Shown here one piece after another: positions 36,002 to 47,925 of a stretch of DNA of 64,000 nt (within the stretch, counting starts at the first letter, position 1; each line of letters starts with the position of its first letter). The position numbers and the translations under genes were made by a program. The notes under the pieces are model-generated. The model saw nothing but the letters and a program-made list of their open reading frames with translations. It had not been told where the DNA came from and searched no databases. The DNA comes from Leucoraja ocellata (taxonomy: Eukaryota), in contig JAWMAR010000043.1 of assembly GCA_036785375.1 (NCBI GenBank), forward strand, positions 3,224,001 to 3,288,000, read 5' to 3'.

Positions 36002-37928
36002 ACATAGAAAAATAGAAAATAGGTTCAGGAGGAGGCCATTCGGCCCTTCGAGCCAGCACCGCCATTCGTTGTGATCATCGTCCCCTATCAATAGCCCGTG
36101 CCTGCCTTCTCCCCATATCCTTTGACTCCACTAGCCCCTAGAGCTCTATCTAACTCTCTTAAATCCATCCAGCGACTTGGCCTCCACTGCCCTCTGTGGC
36201 AGGGAATTCCATAAATTCACAACTCTCTGGGTAAAAAAAGGTTTCTCACCTCAGTCTTAAATGACCTCCCCTTTATTCTAAGACTGTGGCCCCTGGTTCT
36301 GGACTCGTCCCACATTGGAAACATTTTTCCTGCATCTAGCTTGTCCAGTCCTTTTATAATGTTATATGTTTCTATAAGGTTCCCCTCATCCTTCTAAACT
36401 TCAGTGAATACAAGCCTAGTCTTTTCAATCTTTCGTCATATGCCACTCCCGCCATCCTAGGGATCAATCTCATGAACCTATGCTGCACTGCCTCAATTTT
36501 AGTCACCAGTCTTACTTGCGGGACCTTATCAAAGGCTTTCTGAAAGTCTAGATACACCACTGGCACCCCTTCATCCATTTTACTTGTTACATCCTCAAAA
36601 AATTCCAGAAGATTAGTCAAGCATGATTTCCCTTTCATTAATCCATGTTGACTTGCACTAATCCTTTTACTGCTATCCAAATGCCCCATTATTACCTCTT
36701 TAATAATTGACTCCAGCATCTTTCCCACCACTGAACAGGCTAACTGGTCTATAATTCCCAGTTTTCTCTCTTGCTCCCTTCTTGAAAAGTGGGATAACAT
36801 TAGCTATCCTCCAATCCACAGGAACTGATCCTGAATCTATTGAACATTGGAAAATGATCACTAATGCATCCACTATTTCTAGAGCCACCTCACCGAGGAC
36901 CCTGGGATGCAGACCATCAGGCCCAGGGGATTTATCATCCTTCAATCCCTTTAGCCTACCCAATACTATTTCTCGCCTTATTAAAAATTATTTCAGTTCC
37001 TCTACCCCCTTAGATCCTCTGTCCTCCAGTACATCTGGGAGATTGTTTGTGGCTTCCTTAGTGAAGACAGATCCGAAGTACCTGTTCAACTCTTCTGCCA
37101 TTTCCTTGTTGCCCATAATAATTTCACCCGTGTCTGCCTTCAAAGGACCCACATTTGACTTTGCTACCCTTTTTCCCTTAACATATTTAAAGAAGCTTTT
37201 ACTGTCCTTCTTTACATTCCTGGCCAGCTTCCCTTCGTATCTTTTCAGCCCGTATTGCCCATTTTGTTTCCTTCTGTTGTCCTATGAAAGTTTCCCACTC
37301 CTCTGGCTTATGGCTACTCTTTGCTGTGTTATACATCTTTTATTTTAGTTTTATTCTATCCCTAACTTCTCTTGTCAGCCACGGTTGCCTCCTACTCCCC
37401 TTAGAATCTTTCTTCCTTTTTGGAATGAAATGATCCTGCGACTTTGGGATAATGCCCAGAAATTCCTGCCATTGCTGTTCCACCATCATTCTTGCCAGGA
37501 TCCCTTTCCAGTCTACCTTGGCCAGCTCCCCTCTCATGCCTTCATAATCCCCTTTGTTCAACTGCATCACTGACACTTCCGATTTAACATTCTCTTTCTC
37601 AAATTGCAGATTAAAACTAATCATATTGCGATCACTACCTCCAAGTGGTTCCTTTACCTCGAGTTCTCTTATCATATCTGGTTCATTGGACAACACTAAA
37701 TCCAGAATAACCTTTTCTCTGGTCAGCTCCATTACAAGCTGCTCAAAGAATCCATCTCGGAGGCATTCTACAAACTCTCTTTCTTGGTGTCCTGAACAAT
37801 CCTGATTTTCCCAGTCTACCTGCATATTGAAATCCCCCATCACCATAGTGGCATTACCTTTGTTACATGCCAGTTTTAACTCCTGCTGCAACTTACACCG
37901 TACACCCGGGCTACTATTCGAGGGTCTG
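36002..37928 (-). mobile_element. CR1 with EN and RT N-terminus, internal deletion at about 36497, 3' UTR and tail
   Basis: MGDFN, ILDLVLSNE, KSPGPDGLHPRVL, DFQKAFDKVP, then VTKI fused to EAVQHRF. Same subfamily as 23520-24870. Confidence 0.97.
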
Positions 37929-40067
37929 TATGCTGTTTGGGGGTCTTGTGCTGTACTAAGATGTTGCCGGACCTGCTGAGTTATTCCAGCACTCGGTCTT
38001 TTATTGTTAGCCAGCATCTGCAGTTTCTTGCATCTCTAGCACAAGAGAAGGCCCTTTGGCACAATGTCTGTGCTGAACATGATGCCAATGCCTTCTCTTC
38101 TCCGCCTACACATAATCCATTTTGTTCCATTCCCTGCATATCCATATGTCTATGCAAAAGTCTCCACACCAAATCTGTGGCACCAAGATTGCTGGGGTGT
38201 GTCCTGGACCAGCACAACGCCATTGACTTGTACGAGTAGTCTGTGCAGCTGCCTTAGGCTGCACTCAATCTACTTATTTGCCCGGCGGCTAGAGGGCCTC
38301 TACAAATACCACAGCCTACAATGTCCATCACCTCCATCGTAGCCCCTCCATCTTGGTGCATAGAGGTTGCCATGTCCCAATTACAGAATTTGAGTCCTGT
38401 TTGAGGAATGGGAGGCGTGTTCATGGATCATTCACAGCCACAAACTGGATATTCCTTAGCACGTTTGTTGCAATTTTAGCCATTGTAAAGTATCAGGTTG
38501 AGCCTACCTGCCACACTATTAATGTCACCTTAGTTAGGGTGCAGGATGATCTATATTCGGGGACCAGTTGTTTAGGACTATTCTCTTCACAGCAGTGGTG
38601 TTTTGGGGTGCGGAGTTTCCTTTCTGCTCATTTAGTTCGATAGCAAAGTCAATGGAAAATGCTCACTGAATCATCTAGCCACAGGAAACTGGTAAACACA
38701 TTGTGAACATATTTCTCAGGAACAAATTGCAGGCTTGTGGTTTGACTTTAATGGCAGTGAATGTACGAGAGCCTAATTTTAGTTAATGGGGGTCGGTAAT
38801 ACAGAGTGGAGAAAAGCACATCAAACACTTACAGAGTATTAATGATGACCAAGTAATATATAATCTGCCATTGCACCTTTGATGCTGCCCACTGAGCTTG
38901 TGAATTATGAGAAGATAAAGATAACAAAAAAGAATACAGGGAATATTCAATTTTCAACCACTTGGAACAAAACTGAAAATCTAAGCTTTCGTTAACAGAA
39001 ATATTTATATGGCTGCATTCTCATCTGCAGAATTAGACTGCCTGGATAATGCTACAGGTAGGTCCTGAACAAATAGTACCACTTGGATTCTTCTTGGTGT
39101 TTAGAAAATGGTATTTCTGGATATTTAGTTAGTGATAACAGTGCTATAAGCACAGCACACTCAACACTGTGACTACTCAGCAGTAACATTCACATTGTGC
39201 TGTGCAACATGGACATCCAATGTTATTCTTCCACCTCCTAGATCCTAGACTCCACCTCACTGAGTGCCAGGAATGAGATTGAACTGAGTGAGAAACAGTC
39301 AATGCAGCCAGAATTAGTATTTTGATGACCTCCTAAATTGTTACTGTGTCCTTGATGCAAGTTCCTGGAGTCTCTCCTGCAGCAGGTTATTCTTGTTGCC
39401 ATCCCTGATGGAGGGGAAGCAGAGAAGATCACATCCCAACTCAAACATAACAAGCCTCAGGACCAAACAGTATCCTAACTGGAATCCTTAAACTTAACAG
39501 TAAAGAGCTTTGTTCACCAATCCACAATGTTATTGTCCATACCAGAGAAAAGGAAGGGATGGCAGGGGAGCTCAGGGATAGTGCAATCATGACCATCCCA
39601 AGGAAAGGACACAAGTCCAGCTGAGAAAACCACAGGGAGGTAACCCAATGCGTTACAGGAAAAAAAATCAGCAATTTATAACACTATACTTGGCCATATT
39701 TGATCTTACCAAAAATCTTGGAATCTAACCTTTGATTGCTCCAATTACCTCCCCCCCCCCCCCCCCCCCCCTCCTAATCAGGCTCACTGTAATGTTGCAT
39801 CACACCTCCAACAACATCACATAGCAGTTGAACTAATCTTCAGAACAGAAAACTGTTCAACCTACATTGTCTAAAGTCCAGAAGCAAGGTGATCCAAATC
39901 TTATTTATTGAGCTGCTATATGAAGACAATGCTGGTATTTATGTGCATGCAGAGGACAAGCTCTAATGCATCATTAACATATTCGCCGAGACATTTATGA
40001 GGCCGAGTTAACATCTGTAATACAAATGGTCTCTATAAACCTGACCCTGCTTCACCACGCAGTCATC

Positions 40068-40068
<1 letters not shown>

Positions 40069-40100
<32 letters not shown>
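40069..40100. repeat. (AAT)n microsatellite
   Basis: Pure run. Confidence 0.95.
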
Positions 40101-40330
40101 GGGTTCACATAAAGCCCAGTAAATTGAAGACAGGACTAAATGCAATCCTCCTGGGACAAATATCAAGTGCCACCTCTTGGCAAAAGCAAGCATTAGTGAT
40201 GAAATTTACCATTGCTTCAATAAACCAACACAGCTACTAGTCAATTGAAGAAAATACAATTTGATGATTAAGACCTCCGACCTTGCACAAAACGCATGGT
40301 CAGTTGTGGCCTTTGCCGAACCACATGTAC

Positions 40331-40560
40331 CTGAGATAGACGCAAAATGCTGGAGTAACTCAGCGTGTCAGACAGCATCTCTGGAGAAAAGGAGAAAGTG
40401 ACTTTCTGGTCGAGAACCTTCTTCAGAGTCTAAAGAAGGGACTTGACCCAAAACATCACATATTCCTTTTCTCCAGAGATACAGCCTAACCAGTTGAGTT
40501 ACTCTAGAATGTTGTGTCTATCTTTGGTGTAAACCAGCATCTGCAGTTCCTTCCTACACA
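40331..40560. mobile_element. Palindromic PLE terminal-repeat insertion inside the RTE
   Basis: Two inverted units of about 95 bp meet at CTTCAGA|GTCTAAAGAAG. TSD CCA(C/T)ATGTAC at 40321-40330 and 40561-40570. Confidence 0.85.
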
Positions 40561-42089
40561 CCATATGTACAGGTTTCTGAGACCTGGACTACATTGAGAA
40601 GGCATCTCAAAGAACTAGAAAAAATGCAATAATGCTGTCCCTGTAAATACTCCCAATTCAAGGGATGGGACATCCTCACTCAGAACAATATTCCCTAACG
40701 TTGACAGCTGGTTACTCTAAATCATCTGAGGTAGACAGATCATGTCATTTGCATGCCTGACAACCGAATCCCATAACCAGACTCTTTTCCAAGCTCTGAT
40801 ATGCGAGGAAATTACAAGGCAGACTGAGAAGATGTTTATGAATATGCTCAAAGATTTCATGAAGACATCCCCACTGACTCCTTGGAACTTCTGACCCAGA
40901 ACCACTCAAAGTGGAGAAGGAACATTTGGAGTAGCATTGAAAACATAACGGTCACACACGGGGAACACTGCGAGACCCTGCAAATATTGGCAGAAGGAGC
41001 ACATCTTCTCACAATGTACCCACCCAGCTGCCCTATCGGCCACTTCCTGCCCCATTTGTGGAAGAGTCTGCAGTTTCCACATTCTTCTGCTCATCCACCA
41101 GAAGAAGCTACAAAACCAAGTGCAAGTCGCTCTCAGTTGCAAGTGAACGATTGCGGGAAAAAAAAAAGAAAAATATCCAGTAGGAAGCAACTTTCATGCA
41201 GAGTTCTTCCTGGCGACCACAAGGGCAATGTCCTTTCACCTATAAATCTGGACAGAAAGGATGCAATGTGCCAGAAACAGTGGATGATAGAACAGTCCAT
41301 GAAGTGTCAGTAAAAAAATAAAGAAATGCTGCACTTCCATTATAGAATACATCATGTGCTTTACTTCATAAAATGCCAATTTATAGTGACATAGATTAAA
41401 TTCTCAGTGAAGATGGGGAATACATTTTTTTTTAATTTTTTTTTTTTAAACTAGAACATCCCAGTTGCACAATGTCCTAAAATCTTAATTCTGTTTGTAG
41501 CCTTAGATGTTGCTTGCCCCCTTTAGAATTTCCTCCAATTTTTGCTTCTATATCAGATTTCTGGAATCTATTTTTTCCACTTTAAATTCAGCCAGTGAAC
41601 AAAATAAGGCTCGGGATGTTTCATCTCTTTGATCTGGGACTGAATCTTGCCCTGTGTCATCTCACCGATGTCCGAGTCAGGATTGTATCAAAAGAGATTA
41701 ATTTAGGTATGAACTCAGTGCAAGATTCAGAGAGAACCATTAATCACAGCAAAAGCGAAACTAAAGAATTTGTTTAAAGTGCCACTAATAATGTTTGAAC
41801 AAAGGGCTTAACTTTGTGTTTAATACGAGAGTTCTTGGCATGTTCACCGGAGCCAACAGTCACTCACATTAACATCTCTCATAAAATTCACAAGCGTAAC
41901 ATGCTGAATTTTTAAAGGATGGCCTAATATTGGAAGTTCAGTGCCCTGCTGCTGGGAAAACTAGCAAAGTTGCAGTAATTTATTTGATGTACCTATGCTT
42001 TAAGGATTGATTGATGTAGCATATGTAATCTGTGATAAGTTTAAAAGGGTTATAATGTATGGAAGTTCAGAACCAAGATTACCTTCAAC

Positions 42090-42475
42090 AACACAGAGGG
42101 GTGACCTGATAGATGTTTATAAAATTATGAGAGGCATAGACATGGCAGTTCTATCTCTCCCCCCCCCCCCCCCCCCCCCCAAAAGCGGAAATGTCAATAC
42201 CAGAGTGCATAGCTTTGAAGTGAGAGGGGCTAAGTTTAAAGGAGATGTGCAAGGCAGGTTTTATTTTTTAAACTGAGTGGTGGGTGCCTGAAACACATTG
42301 CCAGGGGTGATGGTGGAATCAGATATGGCCAAGAGGCATTTCAGCAGGCACATCAACAGCAGGAAATTGAAGTATATTGATCATGAACATGCAGATTGGA
42401 TTGGTAACGTCTGGCATCATGGTCAGCACTACATTGTGGGCAAAGGGGTCTGCTCCGGTACTGTTCTTTATTCTA
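42090..42475 (+). mobile_element. Old CR1 3' fragment
   Basis: RGDLIDVYKIMRGID...TRVHSFEVRGAKFKGDVQGRF, then UTR. Confidence 0.85.
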
Positions 42476-42477
42476 AC

Positions 42478-43310
42478 ATTACAAGATACATTTATTTGCC
42501 ACATGTACCAATTGGTACAGTGAAATGTGTGGTTTCCATAGAGCCATATGAATAATAAAGAGCACAGAGCACGATAGTCTTAACACAGACATCCCCACAC
42601 AGCGGGATCAAAGTTGCCCACTGTGAGGGAAGGCTCCAAAATTCAGTCATCCTCCTCTGGTGTCCTCCTGTGGTCGGGGGGCTCCCGAACCCCCCACTGT
42701 TGCCGCTACGGGCAGCCCAATGTTCAGGCCCGCTCGCCGGGGTGATGGAAGTCCGATGCCGGGACTGGAGGACATCCTCAGCAGCTTGGACATCCGAATC
42801 GGCCACCTCCTACCGGAATCCACGGCTCCCGAAGTCCACAGGAGCTGGGCGGAGATTCAACGCTGGCGGCCATCGGCAAAGGGCCACTGGACTCCGCGAT
42901 GTTGAAGTTCGCGCCGCCCACGCTGGAATCTCTACGAACCACAGCTCCGATGTTGAAGCAGCAGGCCCAACACTCCGGAGCTTCAACCGTGATCCAGGTA
43001 AGCAATCGCCCGCTCCACGATGTATCCAGCGCTGCGCCGCCGCTGCTGAAGTTCTGATCCAGATGCCCGGCAGGAAAGTCTGCTCCGATCCAGGTGTTAG
43101 GCTGCAAGTAGGGGGTCGAGGACACAAATCGGAGAATAGTCGCGTCCTCGCCAGGAAGTGACTGGGAAACGGTTTCCCCCTTACCCTACCCCGCTCCCCC
43201 ACATAGAATTGCTAAAGAAAGCTCCAAAACAAACTTTAAAACAGACTAAAAAATGTTTTAAATATAGAAAAACAGACAGACTGTAGGCAGAGGCTGCCAT
43301 CAATGCCTCT
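42478..43310 (-). mobile_element. Non-autonomous retroelement with GC-rich body and Rex1/L2-like tail (copy 1)
   Basis: Reverse strand ends ATTTCACTGTACCAATTGGTACATGTGGCAAATAAA and starts ATGGCAGCCTCTGCCTACAGTCTGTCTGT. Internal CTCCG(C)GATGTTGAAG repeats. Related to 45190-45850. Confidence 0.6.
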
Positions 43311-43329
43311 AGTTGACAAACTATGGATC

Positions 43330-43790
43330 CAGAGTCACACAGTGCAGATACAGGTCCGTCAGCCCACCTTGTCCTGGTGAACCACATCACCCATCTCTGC
43401 TAACCCCATTTACCAACATTTGGTCTGTAGTCTTCCATTCCTTTGGAGATTCAAATGTTCACCCAGATATTATTTCCAATGATGTTGGAATGCCTGCTCT
43501 CCAGCTTGCAACCATCATCTGGGTTAGAAAAATATTTCCCCTGGATCCCCTCCAACACACATTTAACCTATATCTTCTGCTTTTAGATGGTCCATTGTGG
43601 GAAAATGTTTCTCACTAACCATGCAATCTTTGCCTCTCATAATCTTGGCTACTTCTGTCAAGTCTATCTTCAGTTTCCCCTTTACTCCAAGGAAAACAAA
43701 TCTAGCCTATCCAGTCTCTCCTCATATAGTCAATTCCATCCCAGGCAAATTCCTGATAAATCTCCCCTGCACCTTCCCCAGTGCAAATCG
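43330..43790 (-). mobile_element. Old CR1 3' fragment
   Basis: Reverse strand YEERLDRLDLFSLE*RELKIDLTEVAKIMRGKD, then UTR. Confidence 0.75.
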
Positions 43791-44344
43791 TATCCTTCAA
43801 AGATTTCCCTTGCACATCCATTATTCCATTGAACTTATTTTATAAGGAACAGAGTTCAAATTTTGCCCTGTGTTCTTTAAAGCCATAAATTTACGGAATT
43901 GTATAGCATGGAAATAGGCACGGTGGCCCTTGGCCTCCATGGAGATCATAATGCAAGTTGACACTAATCACACTTCCTTGCATTAATTCCATATCCCTGC
44001 CATCTGCCTTTTTAGTGTCCCTACTCCCACCACCTCTTCTGGTAGATCATTCCAGACACCAACCATGTTGTGTTGCGATAAGTTGCAGTTCTAAAATAAA
44101 AACAGAAAGTGCCAAGACATTCAACAGTTCGGGCAACATACGAGAAGGGAGAAAGAGTCACCTTTCCAGATTAGAAATGAGGAAAACAATAGCAGAAAAC
44201 ACAGAGCATTAAGCAGATCAGGTGCCTCCATGGTCAGAGGAACAAAGCAAAAATGAACTCACAATCCATTAACACATAGCCTAAGATTCTGCTTCAAGTG
44301 ATCCTCTCATGTAGCCCCTCGGGCTCGAGAAGTTGCTGCTTTTA

Positions 44345-44560
44345 AGCCCCTCTCCCATTTAGGAAACCCGAACGGAAACCTCTCGAGACTTTGTGCCCCA
44401 CCCAAGGTTTCCGTGCGATTCCCGGAGGTTGCAGGTAGTGGAAGCAGGTAGGGAGACTGACAAAAACCTCCGGGGACCTCCGGGAACCACACGGAAACCT
44501 TGGGTGGGGCACAAAGTCTCCAGAGGTTTCCGTTCAGGTTTCCTAAGTGGGACAGGGGCA
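44345..44560. mobile_element. PIF/Harbinger-type MITE (216 bp, long TIRs)
   Basis: Imperfect TIRs of about 85 bp (GCCCCT(C/G)TCCCA(T/C)TTAGGAAACC...). TTA duplicated at 44342-44344 and 44561-44563. Confidence 0.9.
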
Positions 44561-44569
44561 TTACCCCTC

Positions 44570-44845
44570 AGTAGGTGCAGAGGTGGGGCAGTTTCTTCCT
44601 GGTTGTTATCAGCCAACCAAACCATTCTATCACCAGAGTGGTCCTGAACTACCACTCGAGAGACATTCGGACAATCTTTAATTGGACTTTACTGGAATTT
44701 GTCTGGCACTAAACATTATTCCCTCCATCCTGTATCTGTACACTGTGGAAAGCTTGTTTGTAACCATGTATGATCTTTCCACTGACTGGATCGCACACAA
44801 AGTTTTTCACAGCACCTTGGTACGCGTGACAATAAATTAAACTCT
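44570..44845 (+). mobile_element. Rex1/Babar 3' end and tail
   Basis: SFFLVVISQPN (from SFFP.VIRQLN), and a tail ending TTTTCACAGCACCTTGGTACGCGTGACAATAAA. Confidence 0.65.
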
Positions 44846-45189
44846 GCGAAACCGTTCAGGCAAGATGCCATCCAACCCTAGCACTCAGTTTATAGTAGAT
44901 TTTCAGTTATCCTGATTTTCAAGTTAAGATCATCATTTCCCCTCAATACAGTTTGAATTCTCATGTAATTTTTATCCTAGCAATTTTTTTAATCCATTAT
45001 AACCACTTGAATTCCTGCCCAGCCTCAGAGCTCTTTAAAAGCATCTGTTTAAAAGCAAAGTTATCTGTACCTTTAATTGATTGCTGCTTATTTAATCATT
45101 TACAAAAGATTTCAAGAATGATTAAAACATTCCTAATTATCTTCTGTTTGACCCTGACATTGGACTAATAAGAATTAACCTGGAACAGG

Positions 45190-45850
45190 AAGGTAAGGTT
45201 TCAAGGTCACTTTGTACCAGTTACGGTACAGTGAAATTTGAGTTACTATAAAGCCATACCAAGTGAAAAGCAACAAGGTGCACAACCACATGAAAGTTAA
45301 CATAAACATCCACCGCAGTGGACTCCACATTCCTCTCAGTGATGGAAGACAATAAAGTTTAATCTTCCTCCTCTTTGTTCTCCCGCGGTCGGGGCTGTTG
45401 AACTGTACGCAGTCGGGGCGATCAAAGCTCCAGTGGCCGACGATCGAAGCCCCCGTCGGGGTGGTTGCAACTCTCTCCGTGGCATGGAGCTCCTGAGTCC
45501 GCCTCTTCTTACCAGAGACCACGGGCTTCACGATGTTAAAGCCCACAGGCCCCATGGTTGGAACTTCGATCCCCGGCAAAGGGAACGCAAGCTCCGCGAT
45601 GTTAAAATCCCACAGACTCCCGCGGCTTGGAACGCCCGTCGGTGTGCAGGAAAGGACGCCAACTCCACAATGTTAGGCCGCAGTGCAGACGGAGATCCGA
45701 TAGGGAAAAGAAATTGCATCTCCATCGAGGTAAGACATTGAAAAAATGTTTCCCAAACCCCCCCCAGCACATAAAACAAACCTAAGAACATCAAAACATA
45801 CTTAACGCATACTAAAAATTACAAAAAGGACAGAGACTTTTGGCGAGGCA
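45190..45850 (-). mobile_element. Non-autonomous retroelement with GC-rich body (copy 2)
   Basis: Shares the tail (ATTTCACTGTACC...GGTAC), head architecture and CTCCGCGATGTTAAA repeats with 42478-43310. Confidence 0.6.
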
Positions 45851-45907
45851 TGTCAGAAATTACAACTGTTTACTAGAAATCTTTTATTTCACTGCAAAAG
45901 TTGATTA

Positions 45908-47102
45908 CAGGTGCACAACCTTTTATCCGAAAGCCTTGGGACCAGACACTTGTCGGATTTCGGACATTTTCGGATTTCAGAATGGAAGATTTTTAGCGTA
46001 GATTAGGTAGGTAGCGCGGGCGGCTTGAAAAGTCTGGAGCTGCTGCCTCCTCCCGGGTGACCGGGAGACTCATTGCATAAATGTTAGTCAGTTAGTTTGG
46101 AGGGATTTTATGTGGTGGTGGTGGAGTCGGGGTGAAGGGGGAAACTTTAATTCTTAGTCCCCTACCTGGTCGGCGACTCCCAACCTCGCGGAGCTGGGGG
46201 CTCCGTCCGGCCGCGGGCGGCGCCGGTTGTAGCTCCGACCCCGGCAACTCTACCCCTGTCTGCAAGGCGCTCCAAATCCAGCGCCGCCCGCGGTCGGACG
46301 TCCCAGCTCCGGGAATGTCGGGAGTCGGCGGCGTCGCAGCGCTGGGATTGCGGCAAGCTCCGGAGCGCTGTGGCCGCCGACACACAACATCGCGGAGCGT
46401 CGCTGGATTTGGAGCCGCGGAGCTGGGGGCTCCGTCCGGCCGCGGGCGGCGCCGGTTGGAGCTCCGACCCCGGCAACTCTACCCCTGGCTGCGCGGCTCC
46501 AAATCCAGCGACGCTCCGCGATGTTGTGTGTCGGCGGCCACAGCGCTCCGGAGCTTGCCGCACGGCGACCCGGTAAGGCATTGCCCGCTCCCCGCTGGTT
46601 TCCCAGCGCTGCGACGCTGCCGACTCCCGACATTTGCGGAGCTGGGGCGTCCGGCCGCGGGCCGCGCTGGATTTGGAGCGCCTCGCAGCCAGGGGTAGAG
46701 TTGCCGGGGTCGGAGCTACAACTGGCGCCGCCCGCAGCCCCAACGGCCACAGCGCTGCGGAGCTTACTGCACAGCGACCCGGTAAGGCATTGACCGCTCC
46801 CCGCCTCTCCGACCAGGTAGGGGACTAAGAATTAAAGTTTACCCCTTCACCCCCCTTCACATAAAAGCCCTCCAAACTAACTGACTAACATTTAAGCAAT
46901 GATTTACAGATGTTTAAGCGTCTCCCGGTCTCCAGGGAGGAGGCAGCCGCTACAGTAGTACAGACCTGGGTTGACCGTGGGTCGTTTTGGGTCAAGTTTG
47001 GCGCCAAACGCGAGCTTTGGTGCGCAGACGACATCTGGAAAAAATGGCCGGTTTTCGGAGCTTTTCGGTTTCTGGAACACCGGATAAAAGGTTGTGCACC
47101 TG
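45908..47102. mobile_element. Non-autonomous TA-targeting DNA transposon (Tc1/mariner superfamily) with nested foldback interior
   Basis: Perfect 22-bp TIR CAGGTGCACAACCTTTTATCCG. TA at 45906-45907 and 47103-47104. Subterminal TTTCGGA repeats and three nested internal inverted-repeat pairs. No transposase. Confidence 0.92.
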
Positions 47103-47449
47103 TATTTGTTAATGTGTTAATTATTTAATTAATTATTTAAGCTTACTGTGAGCTTAAGAATGGTGAAACATTGGTCCATAAGGAATTAGTGGGTTAAATG
47201 GCCTTCCTCAGTGCTGTAATAACCATGTGTAATCTTATACCAGTGCACATCCATTATTATTCACATTCCTGATATATATACACACACCCCTAAAGCATGA
47301 TTAATGAGTTAATTCCTACTGGTTCTTCAAATTGGCAATGCAAAGCAGACTCCTTTGAAATTACTCAAGAACTGGAGTTGAGATATTAACACACTGGACA
47401 CTGCTTCTGCTTCAGTGATCTGCTCGGGTAGGACGTAAACAAGGAAATA

Positions 47450-47925
47450 TAGGGCATATTGAGAACTCGTACCCCTTGGATGATAAGAAGGCAGAAGATG
47501 GAAGATATCATTATCAGGGGCATAGAATATAAGAGCAAAGAAGTTATTGTGCAGCTTTATAAAAATGGGTGAGGGTATATCTGGAATGGTCACCACGTTC
47601 ATGAAAGGACATGATCGCTCTGGCACGAGTGCAGTGGAGATTCTCCAGACAGTTACCTGGGGTGGGACACTACAGAAGGTGATGCCTAATTGGCTGGATC
47701 TGGTTTGCCTGTAGTGGAGAAGGCCAAGGGGGACCCGACAGAGATTAACAAAATAATGATGGGCATAGATAGGGTAGTAAATGGTAAACATAGTAAACTG
47801 TTCCACAAAGCAGACGTTTCTAACCTGAGGGCACAGGATTAAGTCAAAGAGTGAAATAAAAGGAATTGCAAGGAGAATTCTTTTCACGCAGACATAGAGT
47901 TTGGAATGCACTGCCTGAGAGGGTT
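47450..47925 (+). mobile_element. Very old CR1 fragment
   Basis: GIEYKSKEVIVQLYK and RRPRGDPTEINKIMMGIDR remnants. Confidence 0.65.

Larger units (their letters stand above)
39330..41110 (+). mobile_element. Decayed RTE-clade (BovB-like) LINE
   Basis: Colinear, frameshifted motifs QLKHNK..GPNSI.TGILK, ELRDSAIMTIPRKG, KLFNLHCLKSRSKV...ELLYEDN (from YADD), SETWTTLRRHLKELE, HVICMPDNRIP and C-terminal CPICGRVC. Confidence 0.85.

Noticed and set aside
36782-37348. 188-aa plus-strand ORF
   Set aside because: Antisense shadow of CR1 ORF2.
42660-43202. Several 80-160 aa ORFs
   Set aside because: GC-rich interior of a non-autonomous repeat; no recognisable protein.
46092-46828. Overlapping 90-193 aa ORFs on both strands
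   Set aside because: By-product of high GC and palindromic structure; no domain motifs.
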